A DNA stretch of 64,000 nucleotides from an uncultured Flavobacteriaceae bacterium (GTDB taxonomy: Bacteria > Bacteroidota > Bacteroidia > Flavobacteriales > Weeksellaceae). The notes beneath the pieces were generated by a model. That model was not told where the DNA came from and did no database searches. It was given only the letters and a program-made list of their open reading frames with translations. The position numbers were made by a program, and so were the translations under genes. This document shows, piece after piece, positions 39,644 through 48,987 of this stretch. The stretch is taken from assembly GCA_963516475.1 (NCBI GenBank), contig CAUQBR010000008.1, positions 3,315 through 67,314 of the forward strand, read 5' to 3'. The first letter of the stretch is position 1; the number at the start of each line of letters is the position of its first letter.

Positions 39644-40186
39644 CTAATTAAGTTGAAATTCTTTTCTAAGATTGGTCAAATGAGTTTTTACCGAGTTATC
39701 TATCTGCTGGTCTCCTACCCTTAGGATGTATCCACCAATAAGCTCTGGTTTTATTATAGACTTTATCTTATACTTCTTATTTGTATCTATTAAAGATGAA
39801 GATTTTACAATCTGTTCTATGCTCTGTTGGGAAAGTTCTTCAGCTGTTGTCAGGGTTGCTTTCTGCACTCCATTCATTTCCTCTACTTTCTCAATATATT
39901 CTTTAGCAATATCTTCTAAATATTTTTCTCTTCCTTGCTTAATAACAAAGGTAATCATGTTTTTAGTTACCACAGAAAACTTAGAAAAAATTTCGTTTGC
40001 AACATTCTGTTTTCTTCTGTAATCTATAATAGGCGTAGCGAAAAAACTTTTCAATTCTTTAGAACCGGAAATAGTTTCTGCCACATCTTTCATTTCATTG
40101 AATATAGTTTCTGTGTTGCCAGTTTCTGTTGTAAAATTCAACAATCCCTGAGCATATCTTTTAGCAACTTTTGTTGTGTTACTCAT
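39644..40186 (-). CDS. atpH: F1 ATP synthase delta (OSCP) subunit
   Basis: Position between atpF and atp[11 protein letters not shown]-terminus and C-terminal GG..L.VGD motif. Confidence 0.85.
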   Translation of the reverse strand: MSNTTKVAKRYAQGLLNFTTETGNTETIFNEMKDVAETISGSKELKSFFATPIIDYRRKQNVANEIFSKFSVVTKNMITFVIKQGREKYLEDIAKEYIEKVEEMNGVQKATLTTAEELSQQSIEQIVKSSSLIDTNKKYKIKSIIKPELIGGYILRVGDQQIDNSVKTHLTNLRKEFQLN

Positions 40187-40191
40187 AAGGA

Positions 40192-40680
40192 TTAGTTTAA
40201 GTTTTTATCATTTAATAAATTAGCCACCAAGTCATTTTGGGCATCTTTATTATCCAATTTTTTCTTCAATATAGTTTCAGCAATATTTACAGACAAAGAA
40301 CTGATTTGCTTTTTCATATCATCTATCGCAGCAGCCTTTTCCATAGCAATAGAATGTCTAGCAGCCTCTATCATTTTTTCTCCTTCTACTTTAGCTGTAT
40401 CTTTCGCTTCGTTAATCATTCTATCCCTGATTTCTCTTGCTTCTCTCAATATATTATCCTTTTCTATCTTAGCTTCTTGGATAATTCTTTCGTTTTCAGC
40501 TTTTAAATTCTGAACCTCTTCTCTTGCTAATTTAGCTTGGTTAAGGGCGTCTACAATTGTTGTTTCCCTTTCATTAAGTGCATTAAGAATTGGTTTCCAT
40601 GCATACTTTGCTAAAAGAAGCATCAATATAAGAAAAGTAAGAGTCATCCAAACAACTAAACCTAATCCTGGTGTTATCAT
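40192..40680 (-). CDS. atpF: F0 ATP synthase b subunit
   Basis: Single N-terminal TM helix followed by a long charged helix. KYAWKPI motif. Confidence 0.85.
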   Translation of the reverse strand: MITPGLGLVVWMTLTFLILMLLLAKYAWKPILNALNERETTIVDALNQAKLAREEVQNLKAENERIIQEAKIEKDNILREAREIRDRMINEAKDTAKVEGEKMIEAARHSIAMEKAAAIDDMKKQISSLSVNIAETILKKKLDNKDAQNDLVANLLNDKNLN

Positions 40681-40740
40681 TTCTAAATTATTTTATTTTT
40701 TATTTTACTTTAAATATTTTTTAGTACAAAATTTTAAAAT

Positions 40741-40774
40741 AATCTTGGTAAACACCAACCGTGTTACCAAGATT
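40741..40774 (-). promoter_or_regulatory. strong intercistronic hairpin just after atpE
   Basis: AATCTTGGTAAACAC (40741-40755) / GTGTTACCAAGATT (40761-40774), 14 bp with one bulged A. Lies 15 nt downstream of the atpE stop with no clear T-run. Confidence 0.6.
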
Positions 40775-40788
40775 ATTAGGATTTTTGA

Positions 40789-41010
40789 TTATCCTTTCAT
40801 GAACGGAGCACTGAAAATCAATCCGATAAGTCCAGCACCTTCGATAAGACCACAAGCGATCAACATCGCAGCTTGCACCTTATCAGCCGCTTCTGGCTGT
40901 CTAGCGATAGCATCCATCGCGTGAGAACCAATTTTAGAAATACCATAAGCTACTCCTAATACAGCAAATGAAATTGCCACATAATTTAAATTAGACATAA
41001 AATCCTCCAT
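40789..41010 (-). CDS. atpE: F0 ATP synthase c subunit
   Basis: Two-helix proteolipid with ARQPE loop and a carboxylate in LIEGAGLIGL. Alternative start ATG at 40998. Confidence 0.88.
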   Translation of the reverse strand: MEDFMSNLNYVAISFAVLGVAYGISKIGSHAMDAIARQPEAADKVQAAMLIACGLIEGAGLIGLIFSAPFMKG

Positions 41011-41057
41011 GATAAAAAATATTTAGTTAAAATTATTATTCAAAATTAAAATTCTTT

Positions 41058-42146
41058 TTAGTGTCCTTCTGCATGTCCATGCACATCATCATGACTATGT
41101 TCTGCCACTGCAATACCAATATATAAAGCTGATAATATTGTAAATATATATGCTTGTAAAGCTGCAACTAACAATTCCAAGATGGAAACGAACAACGCCA
41201 ATGGCACAGAAACTGCTCCTAAAGCTGCATTTTTGAAAATAAATATCAATGAAATAATACTTAAAATCATAATATGTCCAGCTGTAATGTTCGCCATAAG
41301 ACGCATTGTCAAAGAGAATGGCTTAGTAAAAATACCTATAATCTCCAATGGAATCATAATTGGCTTCAACAAGAACGGTACTGGCGGCCAGAAAATATGT
41401 TTCCAATAATCTTTATTCGCATTCAGCAAAATAGTAAATAATGTGAATAATGAAAGAACTAATGTAACCGCTATGTTACCCGTAAGGTTAGCCCCACCAG
41501 GGAAAAACGGAACAAGTCCTAATAAGTTATTCAACCAGATAAAGAAGAATATGGATAACAAGAACGGCATAAACTTCTTGTAATGTTTAGAACCAATATT
41601 TGGAATTGCAATTCCATCTCTCACCAACAATACAACAGGCTCGAAAAATCTCGCTACTCCAGTAGGCACTAAAGACTTCTTGTAAGAATTTGCCATTGAA
41701 ATAAATAATCCTAAGATAATCAAAACAGAAATGAACAATGCAAAAACATTCTTAGTAATAGAAAGATCGTAAAACACCTTTTCAGTTCCTTTGAATAAAT
41801 CTGGAATTTGTGCTTTTTCCAAACCTTCTTTATTCACTAAAACACCATGCTCCAAAGTATACCCATCTATTACTTCCCCATGAGCCACACTACTTGACAT
41901 GAAAACATGCCAACCTTTCCCATCTTTCACAATCACTGGCAAAGGAATAGTAATATGAAATTCTCCCTCTTCACCTTCATTCCAAGTAGCAATATGCCAC
42001 TCATTAGTATCATAAATGTGATGATTGATAAGTTCAGAAGGATTAAAGGCTTTTTCACCTCCATCTGCATGTTCACTAGCAAGAGCAGTATTCCCAAACA
42101 GCATGAACATCAAAACAAAAAATAGTGAATAAATTCTCTGGTTCAT
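41058..42146 (-). CDS. atpB: F0 ATP synthase a subunit
   Basis: Conserved LSLTMRLMANITAGH arginine motif. Long N-terminal extension with a signal-like segment, as is usual in Bacteroidota. Confidence 0.9.
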   Translation of the reverse strand: MNQRIYSLFFVLMFMLFGNTALASEHADGGEKAFNPSELINHHIYDTNEWHIATWNEGEEGEFHITIPLPVIVKDGKGWHVFMSSSVAHGEVIDGYTLEHGVLVNKEGLEKAQIPDLFKGTEKVFYDLSITKNVFALFISVLIILGLFISMANSYKKSLVPTGVARFFEPVVLLVRDGIAIPNIGSKHYKKFMPFLLSIFFFIWLNNLLGLVPFFPGGANLTGNIAVTLVLSLFTLFTILLNANKDYWKHIFWPPVPFLLKPIMIPLEIIGIFTKPFSLTMRLMANITAGHIMILSIISLIFIFKNAALGAVSVPLALFVSILELLVAALQAYIFTILSALYIGIAVAEHSHDDVHGHAEGH

Positions 42147-42166
42147 TTCTTATTTTTATTGATTTG

Positions 42167-42174
42167 CAAATATA
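42167..42174 (-). promoter_or_regulatory. candidate internal -7 box (TAnnTTTG) upstream of atpB
   Basis: Minus-strand TATATTTG lies 21 nt upstream of the atpB ATG (42146). Confidence 0.4.
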
Positions 42175-42201
42175 CTTAAATAAATTAAGTTTTAAAAATA
42201 A

Positions 42202-42564
42202 TTATAATTGATTTTTATCAGAATTTTGATTGTTCTTTATTTCCCTAAGGACAGAATGGTATAGAGGTATGGATAACAGAAGAAAAACAAGAGCCAAAAA
42301 CATCACTAAGACCTCATTTTTCTTAATTACAAACATCCATAAAAATGCCCAGAGAATATCTTTCCCAAAATTCATAGCCATGAAAGCCATCACAGCCATA
42401 GACATTTTCTTTAACCCTTTATAAATCTTGAAAAGTAGAAAATTAAGAATAAGGAATGAGAAAAAAATCCCTATAATATATATATAATATTCAGGATATT
42501 GATAGAGATAAATCCCCATGAATACAGCCGCAAATGCGTAAATAATGATATCTATTTTATTCAA
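42202..42564 (-). CDS. small membrane protein at the head of the atp operon (AtpI/AtpZ-position protein)
   Basis: Four hydrophobic segments. Call rests on its position upstream of atpB. Track start is TTG 42564, and the first ATG is at 42519. Confidence 0.4.
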   Translation of the reverse strand: MNKIDIIIYAFAAVFMGIYLYQYPEYYIYIIGIFFSFLILNFLLFKIYKGLKKMSMAVMAFMAMNFGKDILWAFLWMFVIKKNEVLVMFLALVFLLLSIPLYHSVLREIKNNQNSDKNQL

Positions 42565-42577
42565 AATAAAGTTTTTG

Positions 42578-42585
42578 CAAAGTTA
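42578..42585 (-). promoter_or_regulatory. candidate -7 box (TAnnTTTG) for the atpBEFHAG operon
   Basis: Minus-strand TAACTTTG lies 14 nt upstream of the 42564 start. Confidence 0.4.
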
Positions 42586-42612
42586 TGGATTTTCTTTTTA
42601 TAAATACAAAGT

Positions 42613-43044
42613 TTATTCTTCGTCTTCTTCATTCTCTATATCGAGAAAAAAAGCGTCCCAGTCATCCTCTTCTGCATTATCATTATCTAAAAAATCACTC
42701 ATATCCCTACGGTCTTTTTTCGTGGGTTTTCCCTCTCCTTTCTGGCGATAATAATCCTGCGAGAGCATTCTCATTTTCAATATTTCATACTGCTCCTTAT
42801 CGGTAATATCCTTGATATGGAGCGGAACAAGCTTGGCACCGAGGCGGCTTTTAGGAATCTGCAAAACTTCTATTTTATAATTGATTTGGTTTTTCCTAAT
42901 CTCCACTACATCGCCTTCATGGACTTCCCGCGAGGCTTTCACTGGCTGTCCGCCGATGGAAACTCTATTTTTTTTGATTTCATCTGCGGCAATGCTTCTT
43001 GTTTTATAAAAACGAACGCTCCACAGAAATTTGTCTACACGCAT
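42613..43044 (-). CDS. S4-domain RNA-binding protein (Hsp15-like) with an acidic tail
   Basis: MRVDKFLW..R..KTRS.A...I....V S4 motif. C-terminus is DNDNAEEDDWDAFFLDIENEEDEE. Confidence 0.8.
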   Translation of the reverse strand: MRVDKFLWSVRFYKTRSIAADEIKKNRVSIGGQPVKASREVHEGDVVEIRKNQINYKIEVLQIPKSRLGAKLVPLHIKDITDKEQYEILKMRMLSQDYYRQKGEGKPTKKDRRDMSDFLDNDNAEEDDWDAFFLDIENEEDEE

Positions 43045-43054
43045 ACTTATTTTA

Positions 43055-43744
43055 TTATTCAGAAAAAATTTGCCTCAAAACATCCAAAGATTTTGGGATT
43101 TTAAATTCTGGAAAATGACAACTATAATACACCAGCACCGAATCCAAAAAATCTTCTTTCATGCTGTTTTTTATCTTCACATCATAGATTTCTTCATTTG
43201 AAATCATTTTTTTCCAATACTCAGAAACCTGCTCATCAAACAAATGATGACAAATACTCTCCGAAAAAAATCCAGACTCTGGGTCTAAAAATTTTTCTTC
43301 CCTACACAAAGGCGCCACTCCCTGACTTCTAAGATATTCAACCAAAAAAGCATAATGAGCCTGATAATTTTGGTTCTCTAACTGATGCAGAAAAACCTTT
43401 ATATTGGTATAAATCTGAGTATTTACCAGCTCTGTTTTTAAAACCTGATGAAGGAATTCCGCCACAAAGAACAAAATAGATGACACCCGAATATCTTCAT
43501 AATTTTCCAAAGTTTTCACCTTTTCTATTTTACTGATTGTCTGTATATTATATTTTTTATGAAAATCAAAAATCGTAAAATACAGCTCTGTCATGGGAGC
43601 AAGATAGGCCTTTTTCTTGTTTTTAGGCGAATAAATCCCTCTCATGAAAAAACTCTGAAAACCAGCATTTTCGGTAAAGCAATGTAAGATAGCATCATTA
43701 TCACCATATTTTATATATGACAAAAGAAATCCTCTATCTATCAT
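43055..43744 (-). CDS. recO: DNA repair protein RecO
   Basis: N-terminal OB-fold pattern (G.LLSYIKYGDNDAILHCFT..GFQSF). 229 aa. Confidence 0.8.
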   Translation of the reverse strand: MIDRGFLLSYIKYGDNDAILHCFTENAGFQSFFMRGIYSPKNKKKAYLAPMTELYFTIFDFHKKYNIQTISKIEKVKTLENYEDIRVSSILFFVAEFLHQVLKTELVNTQIYTNIKVFLHQLENQNYQAHYAFLVEYLRSQGVAPLCREEKFLDPESGFFSESICHHLFDEQVSEYWKKMISNEEIYDVKIKNSMKEDFLDSVLVYYSCHFPEFKIPKSLDVLRQIFSE

Positions 43745-43748
43745 ATTA

Positions 43749-44693
43749 TCAAACGATTATCTTATTATCTATGAATTGGTTTTGAAAAGATACTTTGCTG
43801 ATTTTCTTATCTTTATCAAAATAAAAATCAATCCTTCCCAGCAGAATCCCTGCCCAGCCTACTTGGTTCACGAGAACATTCACGCCTTTACTATTTTTAA
43901 GGACATTCGGTTCCGTCAAAAATGTGTGCGTGTGCCCTCCTAAAATAATGTCTATTCCGTGAGTCTGAGCTGCCAGTTTTCTATCAGAAACCATATCTTC
44001 TGACTGCCCGTAATCATATCCCAAATGCGAAAGACAAACAACCAAATCACATTTTTTGGTATTTCTAAGGAAATCTGCGTATTTCTGCGCCGTCGAAACA
44101 GGGTCAAGATATTTAGTTTCGCCGTAATATTTTTTCCCGACAAGCCCTTCCAATTTCACTCCCAGACCAAACACACCTACTTTAATATTTCCTTTTCTAA
44201 AAATCTTATACGGCTGTGTTTTTCCCTTTAAAATCGTGTCCGAAAAATCATAATTAGAACAGATAAAAGGAAATTTAGCATTCGGTAAAACCTTTAAAAA
44301 CCCTTCCAAACCATTGTCAAAATCATGATTTCCCATAGTAGCCGCATCATATTTCATCATGGACATGAGCTTAAATTCCAACTCGCCGCCAAACATATTA
44401 AAATAAGGCGTTCCTTGGAAAATATCACCGCTATCGAACAAAAGCACATTCTTTTCCTCGCCTCTAATCTGCTCTATCAGAGTAGCTCTCCTCGCAAATC
44501 CCCCTTGATTGGGATATCTGCTGTGCCCTTCCTCAAAAGGCTCTATCCTGCTATGCTGGTCGTTGGTATGAAGAATGGTAATTTTTTCAGGTGTATCTTT
44601 CGAATCAAATGTCTTTGCTGACAAAACATTTGGCGTAAGTGTCGTTGCCAAAGCTCCTCCACCTAGTATTTTCAAAAATTCTTTTCTATTCAT
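43749..44693 (-). CDS. metallophosphoesterase half of a split 5'-nucleotidase/UDP-sugar hydrolase, Tat-type signal
   Basis: N-terminus MNRKEFLKILGGGALATT is Tat-like. Calcineurin-like motifs HTNDQH, GDIFQG, GNHDFD and GGHTH. Confidence 0.85.
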   Translation of the reverse strand: MNRKEFLKILGGGALATTLTPNVLSAKTFDSKDTPEKITILHTNDQHSRIEPFEEGHSRYPNQGGFARRATLIEQIRGEEKNVLLFDSGDIFQGTPYFNMFGGELEFKLMSMMKYDAATMGNHDFDNGLEGFLKVLPNAKFPFICSNYDFSDTILKGKTQPYKIFRKGNIKVGVFGLGVKLEGLVGKKYYGETKYLDPVSTAQKYADFLRNTKKCDLVVCLSHLGYDYGQSEDMVSDRKLAAQTHGIDIILGGHTHTFLTEPNVLKNSKGVNVLVNQVGWAGILLGRIDFYFDKDKKISKVSFQNQFIDNKIIV

Positions 44694-44705
44694 TTTCGTT
44701 CATCC

Positions 44706-45464
44706 TTATTGGTTATTCCCGATAAATTGCAGTCTTTGTTCCTGCTTTATTTTTATCTCTGGATTTTGTTTAAATTTCTCTATAAATAAATCCCTCAGGG
44801 TCATTTCCGTTAGTATAAGCTGTTCTCCTTTTAGGAAAAATTTCATATAATCTCCTCCGTAGGCCAAGTAGTCCGAGGTTGCGATGTAGTAGTACTGACC
44901 AGCTTTTGGTTTTTCACCATTTATCAGCCCTTGTTTTAGTTTTCCATTTTCTACCACTATCGTAAATCCAGCCACGGGATTATTTCTTTTTTGTTTTTCG
45001 TAATAGTCAAAAACACCTTGTATGTCTTCGCCCTTCATTTTGACAATAACCAATTGATTTTCAAAAGGCATCACTTCAAAAATAGTTCTCAGCAAAATAT
45101 CTCCCTTGCTGATATCATTTCGGATTCCTCCTACATTTAAAATCGCCGCATCTACATTAGGAATGCTGTTTTTCGCGCCCCAGTCATTCGCTCCTTCCAA
45201 CACGAAATCCGCCAAAAGCTGCCCAAGAGAGCTATTATCTCCCTTCCTATTAAGCTCCACCTCGGTACGGGAAATTTTCTGGTTCATTTTATTCTCCAAC
45301 TCCTTTTTATATGGCGTGATAACGGAAACCAACTCTTTTTTCTGCGTTATTTCTCCATTTATCAACTGATTTTTTTGAGGAGAAACTTGGCTTATATTCA
45401 GCTGTGTAGTACATGACACCACAGCCATCAAAACTGCTCCTAATAATATACTTTTATTTTTCAT
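44706..45464 (-). CDS. 5'-nucleotidase C-terminal domain lipoprotein
   Basis: Lipobox AVVSC. 5'-nucleotidase C-domain features (NVGGIRNDI, FENQLV, TSDYLAYGGD). Confidence 0.8.
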   Translation of the reverse strand: MKNKSILLGAVLMAVVSCTTQLNISQVSPQKNQLINGEITQKKELVSVITPYKKELENKMNQKISRTEVELNRKGDNSSLGQLLADFVLEGANDWGAKNSIPNVDAAILNVGGIRNDISKGDILLRTIFEVMPFENQLVIVKMKGEDIQGVFDYYEKQKRNNPVAGFTIVVENGKLKQGLINGEKPKAGQYYYIATSDYLAYGGDYMKFFLKGEQLILTEMTLRDLFIEKFKQNPEIKIKQEQRLQFIGNNQ

Positions 45465-45618
45465 TTGTTCTTAAAATACAGCCACAAATATATAGATTAT
45501 TTCGGGATTTTTACTCAAATATGACATCCAAAACCATAGAATGAAAAGAAGAATCAGCAAAATCCTAAATTTTACTTAAAATATCATTGCTTATTTTTAT
45601 CTTTTTAAATAAAAACCT

Positions 45619-45626
45619 TAAATTTG
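45619..45626 (+). promoter_or_regulatory. candidate -7 box (TAnnTTTG) for dapA
   Basis: TAAATTTG lies 19 nt upstream of ATG 45645. Confidence 0.45.
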
Positions 45627-45644
45627 GCTTCAAAATTTTAAACA

Positions 45645-46523
45645 ATGAGTAATTTAAAAGGTCTGGGAGTAGCTTTGGTTACGCCATTTAATGAGGATTT
45701 ATCCATAGATTTTGATTCTTTAACCAAATTAGTAGAATATAACATCGCCAATGAAACGGATTTCTTAGTCGTTCTGGGAACTACGGCGGAAACAGCCACG
45801 CTTTCCAAGGCGGAACAGGCGCAAGTCATAGAACATATCGTAAAAGTTAATAACAAAAGACTTCCATTAGTTTTAGGTATCGGAGGGAATAACACTTTGG
45901 CTGTTAAAGAACAGATAGAATCTACTGATTTAAGCGACTTTGAAGGAGTTCTTTCCGTTTCACCATATTATAACAAACCTAATCAAGAGGGGATTTATCA
46001 GCATTATAAAATGCTGGCTTCCACAGGAAAAAACATCATTATTTATAATGTTCCTGGGCGAACAGGACAAAATATAGATGCCGCAACGACGCTGAGACTT
46101 GCCAAAGATTTCCCAAATCTTTTCATGATAAAAGAAGCTTCACCGAATATCAGCCAATATTTTGATATTTTAAGAAAGAAACCTGCTGATTTTTCTTTGG
46201 TTTCGGGTGATGACGAATTCACGCTTCCTGTCACTCTGGCTGGTGGCGATGGTGTAGTTTCGGTAATTGGGCAGGCTTATCCTAAGCTTTTTTCAGACAT
46301 GATAAAACTAGCCAAAGAAAGCAAAGTGAAAGAAGCATATACTATTCACAATCAAATCGTTGAACTCATAAGACTTATCTTCGCAGAAGGAAACCCTTGC
46401 GGCATAAAAACAGTTTTAGCAGAAATGGGCATTATCAAAAATCATCTAAGACTTCCTCTGATAAAAGCTTCTGAAAATCTGCAAGATAGAATAAAAGCTG
46501 AAATGAAAAATCTACAGAATTAA
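45645..46523 (+). CDS. dapA: 4-hydroxy-tetrahydrodipicolinate synthase
   Basis: GVALVTPF and GTTAETATLS motifs, and the active-site Lys region (FMIKEAS). Confidence 0.93.
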   Translation: MSNLKGLGVALVTPFNEDLSIDFDSLTKLVEYNIANETDFLVVLGTTAETATLSKAEQAQVIEHIVKVNNKRLPLVLGIGGNNTLAVKEQIESTDLSDFEGVLSVSPYYNKPNQEGIYQHYKMLASTGKNIIIYNVPGRTGQNIDAATTLRLAKDFPNLFMIKEASPNISQYFDILRKKPADFSLVSGDDEFTLPVTLAGGDGVVSVIGQAYPKLFSDMIKLAKESKVKEAYTIHNQIVELIRLIFAEGNPCGIKTVLAEMGIIKNHLRLPLIKASENLQDRIKAEMKNLQN

Positions 46524-46575
46524 ATCTTTTTTGAAGTTAAATTTTAATTTTAAAAACTATTAATTTTAAGAATTT

Positions 46576-47334
46576 ATGTTGTTAAAGTTTTTATTTTTCT
46601 TACCCCTGTTTTTCATTGCAAATGGCAAATGCCTTGCTCAAGAACAACAAGGGCAGGAAATGACGGAACAGGAAATAAAGGAAACACAGGAAACCCTCAT
46701 CATAGAACCCAAACAAGATAGTGTAAACCTCATTGAAAGACCTAAATTCAGACCCAAAGAACTCTACATTCCTGCTGGGCTGATGGCTCTTGGGCTAATT
46801 TCCGAAGGAAAAACCAAACAGGAAGTTCGTGAATGGAGAAACAAACAGATTCCTCATTTTAGAAATAAATTTGATGATTATCTCCAATTTGCTCCTCATG
46901 TTGCTGTCTATGGTTTTGAATTGATGGGAATGAAACCCAAAACAGACTGGAAAAATCGTATAGCCATACACGCCAAGGGGCATATCATCACTTTGGGACT
47001 AGCGCATTTAATGAAAACATTAATCAACAATGAAAGACCCAATGGAGCCCGTATGTCCTTCCCTTCTGGGCATACTGCATACGCTTTTAGTGGGGCAACA
47101 ATCCTTGCCATGGAATACAAGGACGAGCATCCTTGGGTGCCTTATGCTGCATATGGTTCGGCTAGTGTGGTGGGAATCATGAGAATAGCTAACAACAGAC
47201 ACTATGTGAGCGATGTCCTGTTCGGCGCTGGGCTGGGGATTCTCTCCATGAAACTAGCATACTGGACGCATAAATACAAATGGAACAAACCTAAAAAAGA
47301 AAAAAAAGACCCTTTCTTGGGCGTAGTTTACTAA
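46576..47334 (+). CDS. PAP2 family phosphatase
   Basis: PAP2 motifs K..INNERP, PSGH (SFPSGHT) and NNRHYVSDV. Confidence 0.8.
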   Translation: MLLKFLFFLPLFFIANGKCLAQEQQGQEMTEQEIKETQETLIIEPKQDSVNLIERPKFRPKELYIPAGLMALGLISEGKTKQEVREWRNKQIPHFRNKFDDYLQFAPHVAVYGFELMGMKPKTDWKNRIAIHAKGHIITLGLAHLMKTLINNERPNGARMSFPSGHTAYAFSGATILAMEYKDEHPWVPYAAYGSASVVGIMRIANNRHYVSDVLFGAGLGILSMKLAYWTHKYKWNKPKKEKKDPFLGVVY

Positions 47335-47344
47335 TAGTTTAATA

Positions 47345-48346
47345 ATGAAGATTACAATTTTTGTCAGCCTATTTCTAAGTTCTTTTTTCATGGCGCAAAC
47401 TAATGATAGTCTGGCTATGGAAACTCCTTTGGACAGCATACAAACTCAGAATATAAAAATTCAGGAAGTAAAAATATCTGAAAACGAAACTTTTATCTAT
47501 CAAAAACCAAAAATCTGGGATATTGTTAATAAAATGCCCAAAAACATCACAGGAACAGCCACAGATATAGTTTCAAAAAAATACTATCCATACGGACTTG
47601 CCGCCTTGGGAAGCACCGCTGCTCTCATTCCTGCCGACCCTTGGGTCATTAGAGAAAGCCGAAATCTTGGTGAAGCTCTCGGCATGAATGAAGCCCACAC
47701 CTACCGAAAACTCGGATTTCTAAAAATAATCCCTGCAGATGTGAACTCTGCGCTGTATTTCATCGGTAATGGAACTACTGTGATTTTAATCAGTGGAGGA
47801 CTTGCAACCTATGGTTTATTTAAAAACGATTATCGGGCAATCAGCACCTCTATGCAGCTCATAGAAAGCCTTGCATTGTCAGGTGTTTTCGCTCAGTCTA
47901 TAAAGCGTATCACAGGGAGAGAAAGTCCATTCATCACCGCTGAACGAAATGGATGGCACAGCCACTGGACTTTCGCACCGAGTTTTGCGGCATATCAGAG
48001 AGAAACTTCTAAATATGATGCCATGCCCTCTGGACACCTAACCACTGCAATGGCTGCCCTCACAGTGCTTACGGAAAATTACCCAGATAAAAAATGGCTA
48101 AAACCTGTGGGATACACTCTTTTAGGGCTGATGTCTTTTGAAATGCTCCAAAGCAAGGTTCACTGGGTATCAGACTATCCTATCGCTATTTTCCTCGGCT
48201 ACCTTATCGGAAAAAATATCGCCAAAGCGAGAATAACGAAAGTAAACAATTCTCCTGTAGCAGAAAAGAAGCGAAAATATGATTTACAGTGGTCTGCTGG
48301 TTCTCTGTATGGATACCAGACCATCGGCGTAAATATCAAGTTTTAA
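47345..48346 (+). CDS. PAP2 family phosphatase (second, divergent copy)
   Basis: PAP2 motifs KRITGRESP, PSGH (MPSGHL) and SKVHWVSDY. Confidence 0.8.
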   Translation: MKITIFVSLFLSSFFMAQTNDSLAMETPLDSIQTQNIKIQEVKISENETFIYQKPKIWDIVNKMPKNITGTATDIVSKKYYPYGLAALGSTAALIPADPWVIRESRNLGEALGMNEAHTYRKLGFLKIIPADVNSALYFIGNGTTVILISGGLATYGLFKNDYRAISTSMQLIESLALSGVFAQSIKRITGRESPFITAERNGWHSHWTFAPSFAAYQRETSKYDAMPSGHLTTAMAALTVLTENYPDKKWLKPVGYTLLGLMSFEMLQSKVHWVSDYPIAIFLGYLIGKNIAKARITKVNNSPVAEKKRKYDLQWSAGSLYGYQTIGVNIKF

Positions 48347-48356
48347 ATTTTAGTAT

Positions 48357-48399
48357 AAAAAAACATCTTACTCAAAAAAGTAAGATGTTTCGTTTTTTA
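48357..48399. terminator. bidirectional terminator between the PAP2 and CBS genes
   Basis: 12-bp stem AAACATCTTACT (48361-48372) / AGTAAGATGTTT (48379-48390), followed by CGTTTTTT. Confidence 0.8.
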
Positions 48400-48413
48400 T
48401 TGTAAAAGACTTT

Positions 48414-48830
48414 TTAGTATTGTTCTAAGAAGTATTTCAATAAATCTGTTGTAGTGATTACTCCTTTCAGTTCACCATTTTCTACTACTGGTAGAGAGTG
48501 GAAACTTTGTTTTGACAAAATTTCGGTTACATCTCTCACTGTTTGGTCTGGTGACACACCTACTGGATTTTTCGCCATCACCTGCTCTATAGTGTATGCG
48601 TTATACACTGTAGTGTCTACTTTTTCCTCATTATCCGACAATTCTGAAAAACTAATTCTCAACAAATCCGAATAACTCAAAATACCTATCAGCTGGTTTC
48701 CGCTCACAACAGGTAAGTGTCTGATGTTATGCTCTTTGAAAAGTTTTTCTGCATCAAACAATGTGTTTTTTGTAGTAAGCTTAACTACATCCTTTGTCAT
48801 AATCTGAGATACTGGAACTCTGTGTTTCAT
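48414..48830 (-). CDS. CBS domain pair protein
   Basis: Two CBS repeats (HLPVV..G.L.GI.S..DL and SLPVVENGELKGVITTTDL). Confidence 0.8.
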   Translation of the reverse strand: MKHRVPVSQIMTKDVVKLTTKNTLFDAEKLFKEHNIRHLPVVSGNQLIGILSYSDLLRISFSELSDNEEKVDTTVYNAYTIEQVMAKNPVGVSPDQTVRDVTEILSKQSFHSLPVVENGELKGVITTTDLLKYFLEQY

Positions 48831-48987
48831 AATAATTTATATTTAAGATTAAACTTCCTTTTTTTCTTTGATAAAGGTACGACTTTATATTTATGTCAAA
48901 GAATTTTTTTTAATGACATTTAACATCTTTTGCAAATTTCCTTCTATAAATAGTTTAGAAATTGTATTTTTACAAAAAATTTTGGTT

